A DNA stretch of 64,000 nt, taken from assembly GCF_044704955.1 (NCBI RefSeq), contig NC_091996.1, forward strand, positions 30,504,001 to 30,568,000. Reading direction: 5' to 3'. Of this stretch, positions 39,021 to 51,792 are shown piece by piece. A program made the position numbers and the translations under genes. Each line of letters starts with the position of its first letter. Within the stretch, counting starts at the first letter, position 1. Below the pieces are notes generated by a model. The model was not told the DNA's origin, searched no databases, and saw only the letters and a program-made list of their open reading frames with translations. Source of the stretch: Pristiophorus japonicus (taxonomy: Eukaryota).

Positions 39021-39794
39021 TTACACATGTGCCATAACGTTACACAATGGACCAGGGTGGACGTTCCTACAATTTTCCTTCCCTCCTCATGGAGAACCAG
39101 ATAGGGGACATGACTACCACCCTGAATGCTCCAGTGAAACATGGTGACCATGTTGGTGACCTTGGAAAACTGGGCTACTTCTCACTCAGGCATTCAAGAT
39201 GTGATTAGATACAGCTTCACACCCACAGTTCCGCTACGGGGAATGATCTATCCCAGCCTTGTCATTGTAGGAAGGGACATCAATCAGAAGCTGATCTCTT
39301 CCCCAATAGAAAGAGAGCGAAGATGAGAGAACGAGTCATCCCATAGCTTTCAGATTTAGCAGCCCCTCTCCACCCAACACCCCCACCCCCCAACTTCCCC
39401 ACCCCCCAAAGAAAGTTTCAGACTTCTCTGAAGGGTCCCTTCTGTCTTCAGATAAGCTGCAGACCTGCTCAACTTCATGGAGAAGTTTCAGGGGCTGAGA
39501 TTGTCCAACGCTCGAAGCAAGGCATACCTACTGTTTTCGGCGATTTCTGCCGCCCCAATGCAGCCAAACCTTTGAAATTCAGCAGTTTGGGGGGTTTTTT
39601 CAAGCGGGGTGGAAGTGGCCTCATGATGGAGGTGGAAGTGAGGATGGGGCGGAGAGGCGCGGGAGCGTAGGATTGTCTTGGACGGACAAATTAAATTGGG
39701 CTGAATAGCCTCCTTCACCCATAAATGTCTTGCGATCAAAAAGCCATGACAGGCATGTTTACATAGGAAATGGCATTATTAAAAAATATTTTAA

Positions 39795-40145
39795 TTTTTT
39801 TCTATTTATTCGTTCATGGGATGTGGACGTCACTGGCAAGGCCAGCATTTATTGCCCTTCCCTAATTGCCCTCGAGAAGGTGGTGGTGAGCTGCCTTCTT
39901 AAACCACTGCAGTCCGTGTGGCGAAGGTGCTCCTACAGTGCTGTTAGATAAGGACTTCCAGGATTTTGACCCAGCGACGAAGAAGGAACGGCGATATATT
40001 TCCAAGTCAGGATGGGGTGTGATTTGGAGGGGAACTCGCAGGTGATGGTGTTCCCATGTGCCTGCTGCACTTGTTCTCCTTGGTGAGAGAGGTCGCGGGT
40101 TTGGGAGGTGCTGCCGAAGTAGCCTTGGTGAGTAGCCCTGTGCAC
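39795..40145 (-). mobile_element. 3' end of a distinct CR1-group LINE, tail partner of the 22665 SINE
   Basis: HPILTWKYIAVP..AGSKSWKSLSNS..FKKAAHHHLL C-terminus; GAATAAA tail. Confidence 0.75.
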
Positions 40146-40217
40146 TCTCGGCAGAATCACCGGATAGAGATAGGCAGGAGTGGGAACCGTGGCTAATTTT
40201 CCCGCCCCTTATTATCC

Positions 40218-40530
40218 CCTCCCTGATAAAGTGCAACACCCCACCGACACCTGGGAGTCCCTGGCCAAAGACCGTCCTAAGTGGAGGAAGTGCATCCGGG
40301 AGGGCGCTGAGCACCTCAAGTCTCGTCGCCGAGAGCATGCAGAAACCAGGCGCAGGCAGCAGAAGGAGCCTGCGGCAAACCAGTCCCACCCACCCTTTCC
40401 TTCAACCACTGTCTGTCCCACCTGTGACAGAGACTGTGGTTCTCGTATTGGACTGTACAGCCACCTAAGAACTCATGTTAAGAGTGGAAGCAAGTCTTCC
40501 TCGATTCCGAGGGACTGCCTATGATGATGG
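40218..40530 (+). mobile_element. RTE LINE 3' fragment
   Basis: TDTWESLAKDRPKWRKCI..CPTCDRDCGSRIGLYSHLRTH; TSD TATCCCCTC. Confidence 0.9.
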
Positions 40531-40758
40531 TGATATCCCCTCATCTGTGACTAGACAGCTTACCATAAATCGGGAATCAAACATGAGACTGTTAACATAC
40601 TTCGGTTCACCAAATGATCCCAACATTAGAGAAGTCTATATGTTTTCTGTGTGTGCGTGTGTACATGTGTGTGTGCATACGGCGGAAGAGGGGTTTAAGG
40701 AGATGATTAGTCGTGGATCTAAAACATCACAAATAACTATATATATTTTAGGTTAGAA

Positions 40759-40924
40759 ATAAAGACAAAAGCATTCCAGAAATACATAGGAAATTGATGG
40801 GCATCTGAAATGGAAGGATAGGTTTATATTTTAGGTTTGACACTTTCTCAAAGAAGGTTGAATGAAGACTCACATCCCAAACTTTAACTTATTTTCTGTG
40901 GCAGATGCTGAGTAGTGGAATTTT
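40759..40924. repeat. Decayed palindromic Penelope-type (hammerhead-derived) repeat
   Basis: GCATCTG (40801) pairs with CAGATGC (40902); arms resemble the recalled shark CTGATGAA..GAAACGTTAAC..CAGATGCTG repeat; heavily mutated. Confidence 0.4.
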
Positions 40925-43144
40925 GGGAGAGGCTATTTGTAGTTTAAGTTCACCTACAGTCCTTTGTGACTGTTCCAGCCCCATTTGTAATTCAAATTCA
41001 ACTTTGTTGTTGCTTCAGCCGTGTACTTTAGTTTATATTTTTTGCATTTTTACACCAATTCACGGACCAGAAAGCGTGCCTCAGCTCTGTGATCAGGGCC
41101 TGCCACATGCTTTATTTTACATGCAGACAGTTCTGGGAAATTCCTTCTCCATTTTCACAATGGTGTGGATTTCAGGTGGGAGTATTGTTGGCAGTGGATG
41201 CAAAAGCTATCTTCTCAGAAGCACAGAATGAACCCCACACGCTACATACTTGGAATTGCTATTACCATATTACCAACCGCTGTGTTGTTTAACATATTGC
41301 CCCAAACTATTTCAACATTTGTAACTATTTGAAAGGAACATTGATGAAGAGCACATGTTTGAAATGTTAGGCACCAGCAGAGCTCTTAAGGTAGATGGGA
41401 AACGGGACTAACCTGCACTTCTTGCTGACAGCCCGAACCTGGTTTGTAAAGGAGGTTGTTCTGATCTTCTAGAGCATGTGGGTGATGGCTCCGTTGTTCC
41501 TCCATTGTAGCATGTCACCGTGAGGTTTTATTTATTAATCCTGCGGAGGTAGGAGGCAGTTAAATCTTTGCCAAACAGCACTGCAACCGAGTATTCATTT
41601 TCTAACCGGTTTTCCTCCCAACCTCACTCAATGCTGATTCAACGTGCTGACCCTGCCTTATACTTTGCATCAATACATTCATTCTTTTCACACTTCTTCC
41701 ATCTGACACTTGCCAGCTATCCATTTCGGAAGTCCTATTTTCTCTCAGCTAGTTCACATTTACTTTCCATGCCAACACAGTCACTGGGACAATAGTTTTC
41801 AGGCTAAGGCAGGCTTTTATTCACATCTATCATCAACATCTCCCATTACCTGTGGCAATGCTGCCCTTCAAAACTATTCTTTCTTGAAAGGTGTGAATTC
41901 AAAAGATACAATTGCAAGCAATCCGAGCGGCTGCAGAGTTCTTTTACAGGTGGCAGCTATGAGGAATGAAGAGATTTCCAGTAAGAATCTTGCAACTCTC
42001 TCTCACTCACTACGAGAATGTCACGATCCCACATGAAACAAAGTTATTTCTCAACTTCAGTGCGAGCTCCACTTCCTGCTTTCGCAATGCTCCAGAGCTG
42101 GGCATTGACCAAAGTTCCTACAAATCATTAGTGCAATGCTGTAAATGAACCATTAAATGATTACTCAGAGACTATTGCAAAACCTCCCGCCCACACGCAT
42201 ACAAATAGCTCATTAGACCAGATTGTACCGGCTAATCGGGTCAGATTTTATGTCTTCTTAACCCTTTTAACACATGTGGTGTGCTGCTATTCTCTACTCA
42301 CATTCCAGAAGGGCTTCCCTCACTGAAAGAGCTTATTATCAGACAGTCAGTAACTCTACGCTCACCACAGCCTTTCCGCTTGAAGTGACCTATGGCAAAG
42401 TACACCATGTCATGCTGGGCAGTGAGTCAGCTACAGGAACTGAAAGACGTTCTGAACCATTAATTCTTTTTCTGGTATCTGAGTAAACCCCCCCCCCCCC
42501 CCCCCCACCCCCGACTTGATCCATTCATACTGATATTTACTCTTTCCGATAATCTTCGTGCCCACTGGCACACCAGGACATACTTATTTACTTTTTCTCT
42601 CCTTCACAAAGCACTTTGGTGAGTCTGTTGTTTGCGTTCACCGGCCACACAGTTTGAAAGGATTAATGTGCCCTTATGTTAGGCTTTATTCATTGATTTC
42701 TGCATCTGAGACAAGGTAGCTGTGAGTCTAAAGCAAGTGGCTATTCTTAGATCTAAATGTTTGTGAAGTAAAGCAAGATCACTTTGTGTCCCATTGCCTG
42801 TTGAAATTGGACTTGTTTACCACAGTCTTTAACCCTTTGAGTACTGCAAGGTTCTGTCAGTTTTCTTTCATTAACCTCTGGGAAAATGATTGCTATAACA
42901 TTTCCAGTAACAACTGCATCCAGTAGAATCTGAGTATCATAAAATCATAGAATGATACATCACAGAATTAAGCCATTCAGCCCATTGCGCCAGCTCTTTG
43001 AAAACAAAATGTGCAAAACCAAAGTGCATTTTATAATATATAAGTAAATTGTCTGTGGCATTACTCACAATTAGTTGGTGAATTTGAAGTTCAATATATA
43101 GGACAGTGATGGAGTTGGCAACCAAACTTCAGCAACAGGCTCCA

Positions 43145-43163
43145 CACTGCCACCTACTGGCAT
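43145..43163 (-). promoter_or_regulatory. CTCF-like motif
   Basis: TGCCAGTAGGTGGCAGTG closely matches the CTCF core, in apparently unique DNA. Confidence 0.5.
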
Positions 43164-43767
43164 GAGCCTGCAACTATATTGTTACAGGCAACTGTTTACA
43201 TACAGGATTTCCATTCGAAGTGTTTGCATAAGCAGTTTCAAGATTAAATATTGATATCAAAGTGTGACCAAAAACCATGACAACAGGAAGTTGGATCAGA
43301 AGTGTGTGTATACATAAGGATTTTAATAATATATAAAGGGGAGTAAGTCAGAAAATATAAACATTGGAATCATGTCACTCCATTGTTTTAAGGATACTGT
43401 AGAAATGGCACCAAGGCCTCAATCAGTTAACACAGTTTGCATAACTGTGATGTAGTATGATTGTCAGGGACAACTTGGTGCTTGTTGTCATCTCATGACA
43501 TTCTATGGTAATGTGGCCTTTGACTGGCTAGTGCAGATTTGAAATTCGAAAGCTTTGCCGCATTGAACCATCCTCAGTGCTCCTTTTCAAGGTGCGATGC
43601 ACCCCTGCCCTGGCTACACTTCTGGTGCAACCGCTGTTAGATTTTGACTTGGCAAAGATTTTAAATGAACGTAGCTTGGAAATTGCTGTTGGAAGTATTA
43701 ACAGATAACTGCTTATCTCGGTCCCTAGGATGTCCCTCTGTCCGCTATTTTAGTGGAGGCATTACCC

Positions 43768-44398
43768 TATTTAGGGGATGGAGTATAAAAGCAAGGAAGT
43801 CTTGCTACAGCTATATAAAGGTATTGGTGAGGCCACACCTGGAATACTGCGTGCAGTTTTGGTTTCCATATTTACAAAAGGATATACTTGCTTTGGAGGC
43901 AGTTCAGAGGAGGTTCACTAGGTTGATTCCGGAGATTGACTTATGAGGAAAGGTTGAGAAGGTTGGGCCTCTACTCATTGGAATTCAGAAGAATGAGAGA
44001 TGATCTGATCGAAATGTATAAGATTATGAGGGGGCTGGACAAGGTGGATGCAGAGAGGATGTTTCCACTGATGGGGGAGACTAGAACTAGAGGGCATGGT
44101 CTTAGAATAAGGGGCCGCCCATTTAAAACTGAGATGAGGAGAAATTTCTTCTCTCAGAGGTTGAACATCTGTGGAATTCGCTGCCTCAGAGAGCTGTGGA
44201 AGCTGGGACATTGAATAAATTTAAGACAGAAATATTCTTAAACGATAAGGGAAAAAGGGGTTATGGGGAGTGGGCGGGGAAGTGGAGCTGAGTCCATGAT
44301 CAGATCAGCCATGATCTTATTGAATGGCGGAGCAGGCTCGAGGGGCCGTATGGCCTACTCCTGCTCCTATTTCTTATGTTCTTATGTTATATTCTTAT
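43768..44398 (+). mobile_element. CR1 (family B) 3' fragment
   Basis: ORF 43936..44214; TTCTTATG tail. Confidence 0.93.
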
Positions 44399-44441
44399 AA
44401 AATAGACAAGCTAAGAACCGCATTAAGATAACAGATAGCGG

Positions 44442-44938
44442 GAGTGCAGCAAAGGTTCACCAGACTGATTCCCGGGATGGCAGGATTGACATATGAGGAG
44501 AGACTGGATCGACTGGGCCTGTATTCACTGGAGTTTAGAAGAATGAGAGGGGATCTCATAGAAACATATAAAATTCTGACAGGATTGGACAGGTTAGAGG
44601 CAGGAAGAATGTTTCCGATACTGGGGAAGTCCAGAACCAGGGGTCACAGTCTAAGGATAAGGGGTAAGCCATTTAGGGCCGAGATGAGGAGAAACTTCTT
44701 CACTCAGAGAGTTGTTAATCTATGGAATTCTCTACTGCAGAAAGTTGTTGAGGTCAGTTTGTTAGATATATTCAGAAGGGAGTTAGATGTGGCCCTTACG
44801 GCTAAAGGGATCAAGGGGTATGGAGAGAAAGCAGGAAAGGGGTACTGAGGTGAATTATCAGCCATGATCATATTGAATGGTGGTGCAGGCTCGAAGGGCC
44901 GAATGGCCTACTCCTGCACCTATTTTCTATGTTTCTAT
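44442..44938 (+). mobile_element. CR1 (family A) 3' fragment flanked by a ~170-bp duplication
   Basis: ORF 44444..44848; flanks 44260-44441 and 44939-45107 are direct repeats. Confidence 0.93.
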
Positions 44939-46219
44939 GTTATGGGGAGCGGGTGGGGAAGTGGAGCTGAGTCCATGATCAGATCAGCCATGATCTTATT
45001 AAATGGCAGAGCAGGCTCGAGGGGCCTTATGGCCTACTCCTGCTCCTATTTCTTATGTTCTTATAAAATAGACAAGCTAAGAACCGCATTAAGATAACAG
45101 ATAGCGGAATGCCATACAAGCCCTTTAAGTACTTGTCCACTAATATCCACAACAGCGATTTCTCGACTCATATCTGCACTCTCACTGGCAAATGAAGGCA
45201 AAAATCAGATAGGCCGTCAGTGGGAAATAAGTGAATCAGGATGTGAAAAATGCTCGGATTTTCTGAAATTATTTCATCAATCTCTTTCTTTAATCAAAGT
45301 CCCATTGTTGTCTAATTGCTCACATTTGAGCGAGGAGATTGAGTTAGCACGCAGGTCGGCATGATGCCTTTGTCACTGAATATTGCTACTTCACTTGTGA
45401 TGGTCATGCACTTGCCTTCCAACATGGTGGGCAATATCAGGATGATGCTATTTCTGTCAGCCTCGGACTAAGTAATACTAGACCAATGTGAGCTGCTCCC
45501 AGATGGCTGGATAACACCGAGCTTGTAAAAGTAATTTAATTTTTTTGTTGTTTTAGTAATTCACTGAAGGTTTCATTTCTAAATTGGCCTAAGTGCACAG
45601 TTGAAAGCTACTGATTCAATATTCTCCATCTGTACATTCCCTATGCCTGAGGCAGTGCTGTGGGCCAGCAGAGGACCTCCTGTAGGTTTACCAGCTCCAC
45701 TGCCCTTCATGTATTACTGTATCAACAAGATGCACTTTGTGAGAGCTAAGTACAGCTTTTAGCACATGCTCGACACGAAATTTCCTTCAGCCTTTTATAT
45801 AATTTTTTTTTGTTTTATTTAATTTGGCCGCATAGTAATAATCAAGATCAGAAATATAAGTTTTTTTTCTTGTCATTTATTCCTGTAAATCTGATTTATG
45901 TTGCTCAGTGAGCAGTTCCTGCTTTTCCACCCCTCCCCCGTTGCCTCGCTGAGAATTAATGTCTCGCACACACAGCTTGTGATGCCGTGCACAGATATTA
46001 ATTCAAAGGTAGCAGAGTAGCAAAAAAAATCAGCAAAACCTGTTGAATAATGTATGTATTAACCTCTTGTATATAATGAATGAAACATTGAATTTAATGT
46101 TTTTTTTCCGCAAAGAATTAGCCTTATCTTTTTCACCCTTCTTCTCATCTTTCGGTCTACCCTAGCCACTTGCGATATCCCCAGCCTCCTCTCTCAGCCC
46201 TCTGCCACTGCTCTTGTGT

Positions 46220-46563
46220 AGAGGCACGTGATCAGGGCCCAGGAGAGGCACGAGTTTGGGGCCTAGGGGCAGCACGGGCCAGCCCACACTACGATATGTG
46301 TGTGCACTAGGTCTGTGCAGCAGAGTTGGTCTCCAGTCGTCTTGGGTAATCCTTCCCACTGGACCAAGACCTAGCTCTGTCAAGTCTGTGTGATGGCTGG
46401 TGTGCCACACGTTAAAAAAATCCACGCACAGGCGTCTTCCACCCTTCAAGATTTAGTTTGGGACCTGGAATTTTAGGTCCTTCATTGAAACACCTGTGAA
46501 CTTCTTGATGTGGAAGCAAGTCATCCTCGATTCGGAGGACTGCCTATGATGCCGATGATGATG
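46220..46563 (+). mobile_element. Bipartite non-autonomous RTE-derived element
   Basis: TTTGGGACCTGGAATTTTAGG encodes an FGTWNFR relic; RTE tail; short TGTAG flank repeat. Confidence 0.85.
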
Positions 46564-47035
46564 TAGCAGATGGCTAGGATATGCATTGGAGCACTCAGGA
46601 AGTGCATGGTCCCTGCTCAATGCCACCTCAAATAGCATGGCTCAGATCAGGATTTCATCATGTGGGGAATTGTGGACATGATCCTAACTTTGACGCCCAT
46701 ATCCACCCATTCAAAGCACCGTTTCACCCGCTCCATTCAACAGAACAAAGCACAGTTTTGTGTCATTGAAGAAATATTCAGACGTCCACTCAGGGCCTGG
46801 ATTGAGGAGAGGGAGTGCCGCACGGAGGCTCATACATTGACCCACTTTTAACCTATTGCAGCACTACCTACAGCTGAGCTGGTCAAATCAATATGACAGG
46901 ATTCAGGTTAATGTCAGATATTCAGAAAAGAATGACCAAATCACAACGGGAAAAACTTTATAATCAGCTCCACTTCTGGCAGAAATCCACTTTTAAATCT
47001 GAACAAGGGGTCTTCTTGTACAGCACAGGCCTACA

Positions 47036-47318
47036 TCATCATAGGCGGTTCCTCGAAACGAGGATGACTTGCTTCCACACCAAAAAAAAGATGAGTTCAC
47101 AGGTGTTTCGAAAGAAGATTCCGAACTACATCCTGAAGGGTGGAAGATGCCTGTGCGTGGATTTTTTTAACGTGTGGTGGCCATTGCACACCAGCCACCA
47201 CATGGGCTTGACAGAGCTTGGTCCAGTGGCTAGGATTACCCAGGACGACTGGAGACCAGCTCTGCTGCACAGACCTAGTGCACACACATATCGCAGTGTG
47301 GGCTGGCCCGTGCTGCCC
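47036..47318 (-). mobile_element. Bipartite non-autonomous RTE-derived element
   Basis: 12-bp TSD CACAGGCCTACA at 47024-47035 and 47319-47330. Confidence 0.88.
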
Positions 47319-49657
47319 CACAGGCCTACACATGAGCGCACATGCGTGCACACCGCCCCTACTAACTGCCCCCGCTACTGTAGCCCAGGCACTTAAGACT
47401 TGCATGTGTTTCCAATCCTGGGTAGAAAACTCATTAGAAATTGAAATAATTCAGCAAAACATTCAAGAAAATAGTCACAAGAAAATAACGAAACAACAAA
47501 TGAAAAGGAGGTTCACGACTGGCTGAAGGTTAGCAATGGCGTAGACGGTCACTCAATGGCTGAACCCCTGTTCCAATTGTCATCTTTGTCTAGTCTGCTT
47601 TTTTTCTTCATTTTTGAGAAACCCTATTTCAAAGACAAACATATTGTCTTCTTCTGCATTTGATCCATCACCTAATAACTGCGTGCCACTGAAGTAGAGC
47701 TCAACAGCTTGAGGCAACAACATGAATATAAAGTATAAATATTAATAAAAGCAACTTTGAACAGTATGCCCAAGGGTGGCTGGCAGTACATGACTGTAAA
47801 AAGTTACAATTAAAATTCACCCATCTCCAGTTACTGGCACAATGCCCATGCTTCTTAAAGCAGTAAATATTTATTCATACAGTCAAGAGCAGCCTGCTCT
47901 ATCACAGATTATTTTACAACCAGACACAAACCTGAAGCAATTAACACAGCTCATGTCACCCAGCATAACAGTTTCAGTGGCACTTTTAAGGATAATTTAG
48001 ACATCCAGTAATGTGCCAAGATTTTGACTGAAAACACTGCGTGTCACCCAACCAATTTGCACAAACCATTGTAAATTAAAAACCATTTAAATGTAATTAT
48101 ATAGAGTGCAAAAGGTCCTTAACTCACAAAGGCCGCAGGTGTCATGTTGTTCTCACAAGGAGGCACCATCAATATTACAATGTTCCCTTTATTCCACACT
48201 TAATAAAAAATGAATTCTGGAATTGATACCATAATTGGCCTGTTGGTTTGTCACTATTATGACTTCCCTCCTTTTCCCGCCCCCTTTTCCTTTCGCCACA
48301 GTTACACAAACCATCATAGTCCATTTAGCCTTATTCTGGTTCAATTTACTTCAAGTTTGAGTTCTGTTCAAAGGCATAAAGAACTGACAAGTAGGATAAA
48401 TCACAATGGAAATGAATGGTCTACTTTCAGATGGTATTGCTGTAGCGGCTTTACTGACATTTTGCGTTAGATCAAGGCCCTTTTACCTGGGTAGGCCGTG
48501 CAATCAAATCCCAACCAAACAATGTTCCCTCTGCCTCTGCCTCTAATCGGGACGGGGTGACGATCTGCTACTAAGTTGTTACTAAGTGTAGTAACGTCGC
48601 AAACGCGTTTAGAAGCCATGCTTATGATACCCCTGGGCAGTCTCAATCTGAGCTCGCAGTTGGCATGAGGTCATGCTGCAAAAACTGCCTTGAAGTTGAG
48701 CAACGTATTTATTTGTCAATTCTTACTCAAAAAGCTCAACATGGAAAAGCTGAGGAAATGAAATGGCCCTCTGGCGCAGAATACAGTGCTCTGCCAGAGG
48801 GTAAAGTGTTGGGATAATGGGTGGGAGTAGTGCTTGTATCTGACCTAAGGAGATTGGTCGGCATTGCTTGATGTGCAATGGAAAATTGTTCTATCTTCCA
48901 GCATGGTTATCCCTCACCTTTCTAAACACAGCACACACACATCAGGTCACATTGTCTTATTTGTGACCTGCTTTAAGTCACTTAAGACCGTACGCAAAAT
49001 AATATCTACAGAGGACGGGCAGTGAGTAACTGTGGAACACTTGTTTTATTGCATGAATGAAGAAGTCCGTAGGGGGGAAACTTTTCACAAGGGAAATAAA
49101 TATGACATTGCACAGTTACCTGCTGATCACATATTCTATTTATATCATAAAGTAAAGAAAATCATTAAAACACAATCCTTTCATTTTAATGTGGAGTCAC
49201 TTTAATGTTCTTCATAGTCACAGGGGGTGGGGTTTAATTCCCATCAGAGGAGCTTGGAACATTTTGGAAGATTCCTCCATATAAACCAGAGGCTGTTAGC
49301 TGGTCATAGAGTTTGTTTTTAGCTTGGTTCCCCCAAGGGTCAGTGAGAAAATGCACGCACTGACTAGTACGGTATGGAATCATACAGACAATGAAGGTCC
49401 AACTTTGATCTTTAAGCAGTGCTGTCATTAGCCAGGACAGCAAGTCGGGAGAGCATTGTGATTGGCCTTAGTGCTTTCTGCAAGTGACGGAGGGGCAGTA
49501 ATCAGCCTCTATCAGTATCTAATGACTATTGCTGGAAAGTACAGAGCACGGAAATGGGGCCATTCAGTCCATCGTGGCTCTTTACTGCAGCGATTCAAAG
49601 CTAATCCTACTGCCCTGATCTCTCCCCGTCACCCTGTAACGTCCCTTGTTTCATATA

Positions 49658-51405
49658 CAGGCAACTCTCGATTATTCGGGTCCCTCTGGGATTGGGCTAT
49701 TCCGGGTAAACGATTTTTCCCTTAGGGTGAGTCGACATAAAACTTTAATGAATAAATACAATCGTTAGGGCGAGTTTACATTTATAAGTTAAAACTTTAA
49801 TGAATCAATACAATCAGCTACTAACAGTAACAGAAGATGGACATTACCAGCATGCATGTACAGGTTTTGTGCCTGGAACCTGGTGCCGGCTCTGTCGCCG
49901 TTCCCAACGTCAGCGGTGGCCACGAGAGACAGCGGTTGCAGCAGCGCACACACACACACCAGTAAAGCTTGGGCAGAGGAGGGGGATTTTAACAGTGAGT
50001 GAGAGAGTGTGAGAGGGAGAATGTGAGAGAGTGTGTGTGAGAGAGTGTGTGAGAGAATGTGGGAGTGTGAGAGAGAGTGTGAGAGAGAGAATGTGGGAGT
50101 GTGAGAGAGTGTGTGAGAGAATGTGGGAGTGTGAGAGAGAGTGTGTGAGAGAGAGAATGTGGGAGTGTGAGAGTGTGTGTGAGAGAATGTGGGAGTGTGA
50201 GAGAGAGTGTGTGAGAGAGAATGTGGGTGTGTGAGAGAGTGTGTGAGAGAGAGAATGTGGGAGTGTGAGAGAGTGTGTGAGAGAATGTGGGAGTGTGAGA
50301 GAGAGTGTGAGAGAGAGAATGTGGGAGTGTGAGAGAGTGTGTGAGAGAGAGAATGTGGGAGTGTGAGAGTGTGTGAGAGAATGTGGGAGTGTGAGAGAGA
50401 GTGTGTGAGAGAGAGAATGTGGGAGTGTGAGAGAGTGAGAGAGAATGTGGGAGTGTGAGAGAGTGTGTGAGAGAGAGAATGTAGGTGTGTGAGAGAGAGA
50501 ATGTAGGAGTGTGAGAGAGTGTGTGAGAGAGAGAATGTGGGAGTGTGAGAGTGTGTGAGAGAGAGAATGTCGGTGTGAGAGTGTGTGAGAGAGAATGTGC
50601 GAGTGAGAGAGTGTGTGAGAGAGAGAATGTGCGAGTGAGAGAGTGTGTGAGAGAGAGAATGTGCGAGTCTGAGAGAGAGTGTGTGAGAGAGAATGTGGGA
50701 GTTTGAGAGAGAGTGTGTGAGAGAGAGAATGTGTGAGTGTGAGAGAGAGTATGTGAGAGAGAGTGTGTGAGAGAGTGTGCCAGTGAGAGAAAGAGAGTGT
50801 GAGAGAGAGAATGTGTGAGTGTGAGAGAGAGTATGTGAGAGAGAGTGTGTGAGAGTGTGCCAGTGAGAGAAAGAGAGTGTGAGAGAGAGAATGTGTGAGT
50901 GTGAGAGAGAGTATGTGAGAGAGAGTGTGTGAGAGTGTGCCAGTGAGAGAAAGAGAGTGTGAGAGAGAGAATGTGTGAGTGTGAGAGAGAGTATGTGAGA
51001 GAGAGTGTGTGAGAGTGTGCCAGTGAGAGAAAGAGAGTGTGAGAGAGAATGTGCGAGTGTGAGAGAGAGAGAATGTGCGAGTGTGAGAGAGAGAGAATGT
51101 GTGAGTGTGAGAGAGAGTATGTGAGAGAGAGTGTGTGAGAGTGTGCCAGTGAGAGAAAGAGAGTGTGAGAGAGAGAGAATGTGCGAGTGTGAGAGAGATA
51201 GAATGTGAGAGTGTGAGAGAGAGAGAATGTGCGAGTGTGTGTGTGTGTGAGAGAGAGAATGAGCAAATACAAATGAGCACAGTGTTTGGAAGGCGATTTT
51301 TCCAAATTATTTGGAGCTGTCTTTTCATTTGTTAGCAACAGAATTTTAAATCCCGCTACAACGGTTTCCCGTTGGATCCGTGTACGGAAAATCGAGAGTT
51401 GCCTA
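49658..51405. mobile_element. Non-autonomous Tc1/mariner-pogo (Tigger-like) element
   Basis: TIRs CAGGCAACTCTCGATTATTCG and CGGAAAATCGAGAGTTGCCTA (18/21 match); TA on both sides. Confidence 0.78.
49995..51262. repeat. GA/GT compound minisatellite with an 80-bp higher-order period
   Basis: GAGAATGTGGGAGTGTGAGA units; GTGCCAGTGAGAGAAAG recurs at 50777, 50857, 50937, 51017 and 51143. Confidence 0.97.
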
Positions 51406-51792
51406 TATTTATCTAACTTTCCCTGAAAAGATGCAATGGTTTCTGCTCCAACTGCAACCTGGGGCTTATTTTGACTTTTGGATGGGTGACCAGGTGACCC
51501 ATGCCCCCATCCCCCCAACCGCACCCCGAGATTTTGAGGCTCCGGCCACATTTACGTTGGGCAGGGAGTTGCCGGGCACCAAGCAGACATCCCAACGTAG
51601 CTCGGCAGATTCGGCAAAGGAAAACAGGCCGCAGCTGGCAAGAGGAAAGTGAGTCATGTGCCGGGGGCGGGGGGCATAATCGTGGAAGGTGGGGGTTCCA
51701 GGGCGGCAGCAGCCCAGATTATTGTGGGCGCACTCTTGCTTCTCCGAGGCCTGCGGAAATAATTCAAGACTTAAATTCAAGACATTTCCCCA

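Noticed and set aside
50728-51180. CRISPR-like regular repeat array
   Set aside because: The intervening sequence is itself repetitive, there are no unique spacers or cas genes, and the context is eukaryotic.
49910-51551. 472-aa and 520-aa His/Ser/Leu/Thr-rich ORFs
   Set aside because: They are translations of the GA/GT minisatellite, which lacks stop codons.
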